A stretch of 64,000 bases of DNA from Nanobdellota archaeon. GTDB lineage: Archaea; Nanobdellota; Nanobdellia; Pacearchaeales; GW2011-AR1. Location of the stretch: positions 23,699 to 87,698 of the forward strand of contig JAQICZ010000043.1 of NCBI GenBank assembly GCA_027858295.1, given 5' to 3'. Every line of letters starts with the position of its first letter. Within the stretch, counting starts at the first letter, position 1. The position numbers and the translations under genes were made by a program. A model generated the notes under the pieces. The model saw only the letters and a list, made by a program, of their open reading frames with translations, did no database searches and was not told the origin of the DNA. Below, piece by piece: positions 37,263 through 44,456 of the stretch.

Positions 37263-38672
37263 TTATTTATTTATTACATAGGGGCTATTAAGAGCTGTTA
37301 ATTCCCACTGAACTGCATATGGTGTCCATCTTCCAAGGTGAGGATTTTCTGGATGAACTATGCCTGGAGTTTCAGTAACCCTCATTAATTGAGGAATCAC
37401 TTCTTTTGAAATCATCATTGTATTGATTGAAGTATAGAATTTGTAAACTCCATCCTGAGGACCGAAATCCAATACACTTTCAATTTGATGAAGGTTAGGA
37501 TGCGTTTCTTCCACTTTTGGGAAGATCTGTTCATCCTCTGAAAAAAGCACATGAATAAACGCTTCATCTTCTGTGTGTACAAACTCGGTTTGACGTTCTT
37601 TCAGGGTGCTATTTTCTATTTGCGTTTTTAATTCACGTTCTGGTATAACGTGGTAAACAGCACCATCACTTGAATAGATACAGAGAACTTTTGGAATTGC
37701 ATTTTCCCCTAATAATACATTCTCTGCATCAACATCATCTTCGAAGGAGTCCATACTAGAATCATTCAAACAATTGAGGATTATTGGATAAGACTTTACT
37801 GGCATACTTTTCTTATAATACCAATCTTCGTCTCTACTGACATCCTTATCCTTTCTTTTTCCTTTCTTGTTTGATTTAATACTGGCCTCTTTTGATTTTA
37901 ACTCCCTTATCCTCTTTTTGATTACAGGAATTTCTCTCTCCATATATTTATTATGGTAGTGGATGAAATCACCTGCGCGTTCTATGCAATAGAGTAAACG
38001 TTCTATTTCTTTACCGACTTCTTCATCATTAAGAAATTCACTAGATAATTCTTTCAACTTTGATAAATCATTAAGCCTCCAGTTAAATTCTATTAGACTA
38101 GACCTTTCTCTTTTTGCAACCTTTTGCATTCCAAGAATTCTTGTTTCCAATTCCAGAAGTTCCTCCTTAACCCTTGTTTGTTCGGGAGATACAATTCCCT
38201 CTGATTTCAAAACAAATCGGCCCCACCTTTGTTGCGGATTACGAAAGAAGTGATTATACCTTTCTCTATTCTTTCTCATTGAACCTCTTTTATTTAACCG
38301 AGAGATTGCTTCTGCTGAGGGGTTGCCTAAATTAATATTTGTTTCGGTTAATACTCCATCTATTCGTCTCCTGTCGCCTACTTGATATCCATAGGAGAAT
38401 TTTGAATCGGAAACGTTAGCATGTCCTAACATCAATTGTTCCAAAAAATCGTCTTCTTTAAACATTACTTCAGATATATACTCTTCGACTTCATCTTTTA
38501 TCTCTAACCACAATTCATTTAATTGTTTTTTCTTCTCAATTTGTGCAACTTTCTTTTTGACTTCTTCATCTGTGCAATCTGGTCCGAATTCTAATTCCTC
38601 GTATGACTGACGGATATCGTCACTGAATGGAGCTGTGAATTGATTCTTTAGTTGATTCATTATATTATTCAT
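37263..38672 (-). CDS. hypothetical protein
   Basis: 469-aa ORF, ATG start; charged coiled-coil-like middle; no family recognised. Confidence 0.6.
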   Translation of the reverse strand: MNNIMNQLKNQFTAPFSDDIRQSYEELEFGPDCTDEEVKKKVAQIEKKKQLNELWLEIKDEVEEYISEVMFKEDDFLEQLMLGHANVSDSKFSYGYQVGDRRRIDGVLTETNINLGNPSAEAISRLNKRGSMRKNRERYNHFFRNPQQRWGRFVLKSEGIVSPEQTRVKEELLELETRILGMQKVAKRERSSLIEFNWRLNDLSKLKELSSEFLNDEEVGKEIERLLYCIERAGDFIHYHNKYMEREIPVIKKRIRELKSKEASIKSNKKGKRKDKDVSRDEDWYYKKSMPVKSYPIILNCLNDSSMDSFEDDVDAENVLLGENAIPKVLCIYSSDGAVYHVIPERELKTQIENSTLKERQTEFVHTEDEAFIHVLFSEDEQIFPKVEETHPNLHQIESVLDFGPQDGVYKFYTSINTMMISKEVIPQLMRVTETPGIVHPENPHLGRWTPYAVQWELTALNSPYVINK

Positions 38673-38745
38673 TTTTTGTTTTTTAGAAATTTACTTTTGC
38701 TTACTGATTTTCCTATTTTGCTTTTATTAAATAAAAGCACAGGAA

Positions 38746-39003
38746 TTAATTTAAATAACCTTTTGGGACACCAAAATAATAAGTGCTAATTTCGTCTTGG
38801 TCCATTTCAAAGAAGAGCTCGTCAAAGGCTTCCTATTGCTCTTTATATTCTTCCTGGAAACTAATTATTCCCTTTATTGTTTTGTCAATTTCCTTAATTG
38901 GTTGTTTTATTAATTCTAAATCAATAAACCCGATTACTTTTACTGGGGGCAACAAACCATTTCCACCTTGTGTACTTTGGTCTTGATTTGAATTTTTGTT
39001 CAT
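38746..39003 (-). pseudogene. QGGNG-N-terminus family member with in-frame TAG
   Basis: MNKNSNQDQSTQGGNGLLPPVKVIGFIDLELIKQ...SFQEEYKEQ, TAG at 38833-38835, then EAFDELFFEMDQDEISTYYFGVPKGYLN. Aligns with QEEYETEVQEFEEFLAEMTQDELSIYF of 34508..34873, with the TAG opposite Gln. Confidence 0.6.
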
Positions 39004-39040
39004 GTTGTTTATGTTATTGTTAATTTATTTAGAATTTTCC

Positions 39041-39107
39041 TTCGCCGTCCGCTCAGGACTGATAAGTTATGTTATCCCTCGCGGTGCGTGCAGAAATTGA
39101 GCTACTT
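39041..39107 (-). repeat. R1 junction element copy m
   Basis: TTCGCCGTCCGCTCAGGACTGATAAGTTATGTTATCCCTCGCGGTGCGTGCAGAAATTGAGCTACT; 38 nt from the ATG at 39003. Confidence 0.85.
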
Positions 39108-39127
39108 AGTTATTGACAACCTTTTTG

Positions 39128-39634
39128 CTATAATTCCCAAGATTCAAGGCCGGTCGCTTCCTCCATGGTATTATAATAATTGGTGTCTACTTCTGCCTTC
39201 TTCCAGTCAAGCAAAAAAGATTCCATATCTGTTTTCTTTTCTTGCAAGAAGAGTTTCAGTGCTTCAATTGGCAAATCTTCCAGATTATTTTTCCAAATCC
39301 AGCCGTGTCTTAAAAATTTACTTTTACCCTTTGCACCATTTATTGTAAAATAGCTGTCCTTTATCCTGCCGAGCCAATGAGTTGAGATGTATATCTTTTC
39401 GTCATCTTCTGAGATGGTCATAACTTTGTCTTTGAATACTTCGGTATATTTGGAATGATCAATTGGCTGCCTGTTATTATAGAAGTCGGCGGTCTTTTCT
39501 TTTAGGATTGGGTGAAGTTCTTCTGACTTTTTGCTTGTTGAATCTAGGTCGATTTTGCCTATTACTTTTACTTTTTTGACTCCATTTTGATTCGCTCTAT
39601 TAATAGAGGTTGAATTTTGATTTGATTTTTTCAT
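39128..39634 (-). CDS. QGGNG-N-terminus family protein 3
   Basis: 168 aa; MKKSNQNSTSINRANQNGVKKVKVIGKIDLDSTSKK... Confidence 0.55.
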   Translation of the reverse strand: MKKSNQNSTSINRANQNGVKKVKVIGKIDLDSTSKKSEELHPILKEKTADFYNNRQPIDHSKYTEVFKDKVMTISEDDEKIYISTHWLGRIKDSYFTINGAKGKSKFLRHGWIWKNNLEDLPIEALKLFLQEKKTDMESFLLDWKKAEVDTNYYNTMEEATGLESWEL

Positions 39635-40202
39635 CCCTTATTGATTTTTTAGAAATTATTACTTATTGTATGTTATTTCAATTATTTCTCATAGATAAAA
39701 CAGAATAAGATAGTTGCAACTAAGTTGTTTTTTGATGAAATACCTTGTGTTTCGTTTTTTTCTTTGGTTATTTCGGGTATTTCAGTGTTGTTTTACTGAA
39801 ATGTCCTTAACCGAAGTTGGAAACTGGGGGTATTTTATCTAAAAATCTTGGTCGATTTTTGGATGTTCAGATGTCTTTAGGTTATTTTTGTCAATAAAGT
39901 AAAGGTTGTTTTATCTGAGGTGTATATTTATGAGTGTGAATGGGATATGCAAACCGTAAACCGTTAACGGCTGACCGGAAGTAAGGGCCAATTGTAGCAA
40001 AAAAATGATTTGTTTTCTTTGCCTGGAATATTTTTAGTTTTTGTGACTATTTAAATTTTGTTGTTTGTTGTACTTTTTTAGTGACACTTTTTGGGTTTAT
40101 TTTTGCGTGTTGGGATCATTAATGAATTAGTTGTTGGTTGTTGGTTGTTAGTTTGGGTTAAGGAACCTAAAAACTAAAGACTAACTACTAAGGACTGACT
40201 AG

Positions 40203-42734
40203 CTACGCTAATCGTATGTACTTCTTCCAGCCCTTGTCTGACTTTACTTCTTCAACTTTGATCAAATTCTTCTCTAGTAGCTTGTTTTTTATCACGTTTC
40301 CTTTTCTGGCTGATAATCCCACAATATCGTATAATGCTACTGTTGCATTTTTATGAGCGGGGTTTTCTTTTAGGAATTTTAATAGTTTCAATTCTTCTTC
40401 TGAAATTTTTAGGGGACTGTTGACGGTTGACGGTTGACAGTTGACCGACAAGGCCGGGCTTGTTTTTGAAACTGACGTTTGATTTTTCATTTCTGGGTTA
40501 CTTGCCACAGGTTCTTCTCTTTTTTCCTCAACAATAGGTCTTTCAGGTATTTCGGACTGTTGACTGTTGATGGTAGGGGTAGATTCTAAATTTGGTGAAA
40601 GAGTCGATAGCTCCCCCAGATTAGTTGGGGCAATCAGTTGATCAGTATTAACAGGAGTTGGTATTTTTATTTCATTGACAGTTGAAGTCTGGGGTTTGAG
40701 AGTTGGGGTAATAATCTTTTCAACACTAGCAGATACTGATTCCTTTATTTTCTTACTTGATTTAAATTGTTGCTCAAAGGCGTGGTTTATTGCTTTCATT
40801 ATATCTGTCGTTGTATAATATTCTTCGTGTAGTCCTTCTTCTAATAACGACTCTATTTGATTTAGCTTCATTCCTTCATTCATCTTTTCGCAGGCAAAGT
40901 AGTATAACACTTCTTGAGCTGGAGTCAAAGAGGGAGTCTCACTAACTACTGGGAAAGAGGGTAGCATTTCTGATGTCGGACTTTTGACATCAGAGCTTGA
41001 GGCCTGAAGCTGGAGGTCTGAAGCTTTGGGTAAGGGATGTTCTGATTGTTCGATACTGCTAATTTCGGGGTTTTCCGGGTCTGTCTCTGTGGATAGCGAT
41101 TCTTCGATTTGTCGATTGTTCGATTGTTCAGAGAAGGGAAGTGTGTAGGTAAAGGACTCTGCCGATTCGATTGGCGGCTGTTCGATTGTCCGATTGTCCG
41201 ATGAGTTTACAGGATTAACTACGTCTTCTACTGATGAGACTACTTCTGAAATTGGGTGGTGATCTTTATCACCTGTTAAGGCGACCATTGGCCTATCCTC
41301 TGGTTCTCTAGTAAATTTTATTTCTTCAATAAATTCTGGGTCTTCCTTTTCCCCTCTGAAACCTTCAACTAAACATTGAGCTCTTACTCTAATATCGTCA
41401 TCTGTAATTTTGCCTTCCCTTAAATCTGTATAAGGAACGCTTACTAAGAAGGGTGTTGTATGCCTTTCTGATAGTTTTATTATTGCCTTCCCTATTGGGA
41501 GTTGTGAAAAACTTTCTTTTGTTTCTCTCATTTGCATTAATGACGAAATTGCTTCAATATCTTGAGGTAACTGCTGCTGGAAGGCTATATGACATGCAGA
41601 GTTTCCAACTACTGTATCTGAAAGTTTTGAGATATGCTGATCTAAACAAATTAATCCTGTTCCATATTCTCTCATCTCTCTATAAATCATATCTGTTACT
41701 GATTCTGCCATAAAGTTTGTAGTTTTTTTCAAGAAAACATTATGAGCCTCGTCTACTAGAATTGCGTGATTGAATCCTGCATCAATTGCATTTGGATTTG
41801 CTTTTTTTAATCTATAAATGTAAGTTAGAACATATTCACAGAAGAATTTCTTTTCAATTGTTGATAGGGAATTTAATTCCAAAACCACTCTCTTATCGAA
41901 GAGGTCTTCAATTGACATTCCTCTTTTTCCATCATAGTTTACAAATTGACCAAAGCTACCGAAGGTTAAGACTGAGGCGATTCTTAATGCTGATTCATAC
42001 CAACCAGTCTCTCTACCTTTTGCTTCTCTACCTTTTGCTTCAAGCATTCTTTTTACGTGTTGCCAATTTGGATAGTGAGTTGCACCTTTGTAAATTCCCC
42101 AAGCCTCGTAAATTTCGTCTAGCGTTTCTAAAAGAATTTTATGAACACCGAAGGACGCTGAGAAACTTTCAGTTAATAAATCACATAATGTATTAATCCA
42201 TTCTTTTGGGTTTACACCTTTTGGTGGTCTGTTAATATTTACTTTGAATAAATTTGAAACCTTGTCATTTCCGACTGTGAAGGTCATTAAGTTTTTGTCG
42301 AGTGAAGTTAATGGTCTAAAACTTGATTTCCAATCGAAGACCAGAAATGGTTTATCTTTTTTTATGAATTCTTTTAGAATATTGATTGCGAATGTTGTTT
42401 TACCTGAACCACTCATACCACTAACACAAACATGTCTTGGCCAATCTTTTTCTCTTAAACCAAAACCATACAAATCCTTGTCTGCGTAGCTTACTTTCGC
42501 TAAAGGGTATTCACCGTCTACAGTTCCTTCTTTAGGTGGCGCCAAAAGAACTTGTTTGTCTAATAATTTGTTCAAATGTTTTTGGTATAAACTAGAAAGG
42601 ATTTGGTGAATCTCATTTTTTTCTTCTAAAGTTGAAGCCACAGAATATCTGAAATATAATTCATCAATTTTTTTACCAAATAATGGTTTTAGCCCAGCCG
42701 CTAATTCTTCTACACTTGTTGCTCTGTACATCAT
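40203..42734 (-). CDS. HerA/FtsK-superfamily (DUF87-like) ATPase with long disordered linker and C-terminal wHTH-like domain
   Basis: 843 aa. Walker A GMSGSGKT (aa 106-113, nt 42396-42419), Walker B AILVDEAH, LICLDQ motif. About 300 aa of S/T/P/E/Q-rich low complexity. C-terminus LKFLKENPAHKNATVALYDIVGLSARKGNVIKNKLLEKNLIKV. ATG overlaps the upstream TGA (ATGA). Confidence 0.75.
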   Translation of the reverse strand: MMYRATSVEELAAGLKPLFGKKIDELYFRYSVASTLEEKNEIHQILSSLYQKHLNKLLDKQVLLAPPKEGTVDGEYPLAKVSYADKDLYGFGLREKDWPRHVCVSGMSGSGKTTFAINILKEFIKKDKPFLVFDWKSSFRPLTSLDKNLMTFTVGNDKVSNLFKVNINRPPKGVNPKEWINTLCDLLTESFSASFGVHKILLETLDEIYEAWGIYKGATHYPNWQHVKRMLEAKGREAKGRETGWYESALRIASVLTFGSFGQFVNYDGKRGMSIEDLFDKRVVLELNSLSTIEKKFFCEYVLTYIYRLKKANPNAIDAGFNHAILVDEAHNVFLKKTTNFMAESVTDMIYREMREYGTGLICLDQHISKLSDTVVGNSACHIAFQQQLPQDIEAISSLMQMRETKESFSQLPIGKAIIKLSERHTTPFLVSVPYTDLREGKITDDDIRVRAQCLVEGFRGEKEDPEFIEEIKFTREPEDRPMVALTGDKDHHPISEVVSSVEDVVNPVNSSDNRTIEQPPIESAESFTYTLPFSEQSNNRQIEESLSTETDPENPEISSIEQSEHPLPKASDLQLQASSSDVKSPTSEMLPSFPVVSETPSLTPAQEVLYYFACEKMNEGMKLNQIESLLEEGLHEEYYTTTDIMKAINHAFEQQFKSSKKIKESVSASVEKIITPTLKPQTSTVNEIKIPTPVNTDQLIAPTNLGELSTLSPNLESTPTINSQQSEIPERPIVEEKREEPVASNPEMKNQTSVSKTSPALSVNCQPSTVNSPLKISEEELKLLKFLKENPAHKNATVALYDIVGLSARKGNVIKNKLLEKNLIKVEEVKSDKGWKKYIRLA
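40419..40449. repeat. four tandem TTGACGG-type heptamers inside the ATPase gene
   Basis: TTGACGG TTGACGG TTGACAG TTGACCG read directly; the same heptamer builds the R3 elements. Confidence 0.8.
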
Positions 42735-43207
42735 TTTAATTGTTGTGCCTCCGATTCTAGAATTTTTTGAAGTTTAGAGGGAATAAAGTATTTCACTTCA
42801 CCTTTAAATCCGGAATAATTATCATAGGTATTATGCAATTCATCGATATCAATATCTGCCTCGATAACTTTATTCCCACCATTTCTACTTATTGCTTTAG
42901 TACAATTTTCATCTGCTATAATTGCAGAATGGTAGGGGGTTCCATCAGAATAAGCCCATACAACGATATACCCCCTTGAAGGTGCGCATACTTCAACTAA
43001 GCTATTTAAGATCTTTGCGGCATCCCAGGGATGAAGATTTGTATCTTTGGATATCTCCCCTACTCCATTAAAAGTACCACCAAGGCAATTACAACCTAAA
43101 TTCTCTTTTGCAAGTTCTATTTTTCCCTCTATAAAATCATAAAATCTTTCTTTCTCTTGTAACTCTTTCAAGGCTGAGAAATAATGGATGGACTTTTCTA
43201 CATTCAT
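42731..43207 (-). CDS. hypothetical protein (possible papain-like/NlpC-P60-like fold, speculative)
   Basis: Track start is GTG; ATG at 43207 lies 1 nt after the upstream stop; Cys (GCNCLGG) and a later His (GTPYHSAII) are spaced as in Cys-His hydrolases, but this rests on motif resemblance only. Confidence 0.5.
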   Translation of the reverse strand: MNVEKSIHYFSALKELQEKERFYDFIEGKIELAKENLGCNCLGGTFNGVGEISKDTNLHPWDAAKILNSLVEVCAPSRGYIVVWAYSDGTPYHSAIIADENCTKAISRNGGNKVIEADIDIDELHNTYDNYSGFKGEVKYFIPSKLQKILESEAQQLK

Positions 43208-43208
43208 T

Positions 43209-43664
43209 TTAATTTTCCTCCAAGAAGCCACCTAGAATATTCATTCTTGATTCTTTTTCTTGAAGTTCTCTTTCGTAAATTCTTCTTTCCTTCTTCAAGT
43301 TTGCAATATCTTTCCAACAGTCGATTCTTTCTTTTAGTTGTGATTCTACGATAGTTACCTTCTTTCCTCGAAGATCATTCTTCTCTCTCATAATTTCTCT
43401 TTGATCTGCTAAGGGAATTCTATCATTTTCTAGAATAAACTTATTTATCTCCGATTTTAACAACTCTCCGTCTTCGAAAAATTGCTTGCTCATTTGCTCT
43501 CTACTAATAATTAAAGTATTAATTTCTGAAATTGACATCTTAAGTGACTCAATCTTCTCTTGTCCAATTTCTGAGATTGCGTCAAGAGAGGGAGTTTCAC
43601 CTATTTCTAGCTTTTCCGGAGCTAATATATCTTTTTTCATTTGCGAAAAATCATTGAATTCCAT
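43209..43664 (-). CDS. hypothetical coiled-coil protein
   Basis: 151 aa, highly charged heptad-like sequence; first gene of the three-gene ATPase module. Confidence 0.55.
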   Translation of the reverse strand: MEFNDFSQMKKDILAPEKLEIGETPSLDAISEIGQEKIESLKMSISEINTLIISREQMSKQFFEDGELLKSEINKFILENDRIPLADQREIMREKNDLRGKKVTIVESQLKERIDCWKDIANLKKERRIYERELQEKESRMNILGGFLEEN

Positions 43665-43834
43665 ATATTTATCACTTGTTAGTAGTTTATAAAACTTTCT
43701 GCCGTGTTGTCACTGGGAAGTGTATTATTTTGAGGATTACTGAGATGAAATAGGGGGAAAGAAGAAAGAAAGAGCAACGCACCCGCTGCGTTTTGGACAC
43801 GCAAGCGCAGTCCAAACTTGCTCTGCTAAGGCAT

Positions 43835-44052
43835 CTAAATTAGAGCATCATCGCTTCGCGATTTGAGTTTGGTTCATAGTAACAGAGTTAGAGATAATAA
43901 ACGGGACAATTGGGATTTATTTTACAAGCTAGGTACGCAGCGGATAATATTATGCTTTCTTATGGGTGGGATTTTCTATCAGCTTCAGCCTCCAAATAAA
44001 AAGCTGAGAGGAATTGCCCTGGGTGGGGATCACTGACCGAAGGGAAGGTCTG
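43835..44052. repeat. tRNA-proximal tandem repeat unit A1
   Basis: Shares with A2: ATCGCTTCGCGATTT, ACAATTGGG, CGCAGCGGATAATATTATG, TTATGGGTGGG, ATCAGC, GGAATTGCC(C/T)TGGGTGGG(G/A)ATCACTGACCGAA(G/A)GGAAGGT. Confidence 0.8.
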
Positions 44053-44116
44053 TTTTGGATGGACAAGGGTAGGGGAAATAAAAAAATAGAAAAACCAATA
44101 CAAAGGCCGAAGGCAG

Positions 44117-44414
44117 CTAAATTAATGTGTAATCGCTTCGCGATTTTGGGTCGGGTTCGTGAAAGCAGATATTGGGAATTACAACAGAACAATTGGGGTT
44201 CATTCAACAATCTAGGCTCGCAGCGCAGCGGATAATATTATGTGTTTATGGGTGGGCTTTTCAATCAGCGTCAGAAAAAGAAGTGAGCTAGACCATTTGC
44301 CTGTAAATATGGGTGCCAAAATTTCAGACAAGTTAAAACCCTTGGTAAAGTTTTAACGAAATTTTGTCTGTGGAATTGCCTTGGGTGGGAATCACTGACC
44401 GAAAGGAAGGTATG
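44117..44414. repeat. tRNA-proximal tandem repeat unit A2 (carries an M-type insertion)
   Basis: Same blocks as A1 plus an insert of about 90 nt (44285-44372) holding a CCATTTGCCTGTAAATATGG motif and the hairpin GTTAAAAC/GTTTTAAC. Confidence 0.8.
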
Positions 44415-44456
44415 TTTGAAGAGATAAAACTGCAAAAATGGGGTTGTAAGAAAATA

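Noticed and set aside
10728-38835. Stop-codon reassignment (TAG or TGA read as sense), suggested by in-frame TAGs at 14665 and 38833 and a TGA at 10728
   Set aside because: At least 9 well-formed island ORFs terminate at TAG (for example 3811, 8367, 15917, 19418, 20310, 21025, 21826, 26057, 28873) and 2-3 terminate at TGA (7287, 22160, 42731). Read-through of those stops does not produce long extensions. Two of the affected loci also carry frameshifts. Pseudogenisation or assembly error is the simpler explanation.
33545-39107. Possible CRISPR array, because a conserved element of about 70 bp recurs many times
   Set aside because: The repeats are separated by 0.4-2.2 kb of protein-coding genes rather than short uniform spacers. 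They are imperfect and of unequal length, and no cas genes are visible anywhere in the window.
5875-39107. Classical integron cassette array, with R1 as attC
   Set aside because: No IntI-type integrase adjoins the array. The only tyrosine recombinase (279 aa) is Xer-sized, too short for the IntI-specific insertion, and is separated from the array by a tRNA and a ribosomal operon. I could not find RYYYAAC/GTTRRRY core sites at the R1 arms. R1 also carries a TATA-like box and sits like a promoter. It is kept only as a low-probability alternative in the R1 finding.
1129-42489. Plus-strand ORFs in the track within the island (for example 1129..1374, 2108..2437, 6303..6566, 9161..9403, 16281..16595, 26532..27014, 27597..27908, 36135..36425, 41786..42196, 42244..42489)
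   Set aside because: All lie antisense to longer minus-strand ORFs with better starts. They have low-complexity or hydrophobic junk-like translations, and many rely on non-ATG starts. They are shadow ORFs.
1-43664. Head-tail or other recognisable provirus
   Set aside because: I recognise no terminase, portal, major capsid, tail or polymerase signature. The only NTPase is HerA/FtsK-like, and the abundance of exported proteins is atypical. A novel virus cannot be excluded from sequence inspection alone.
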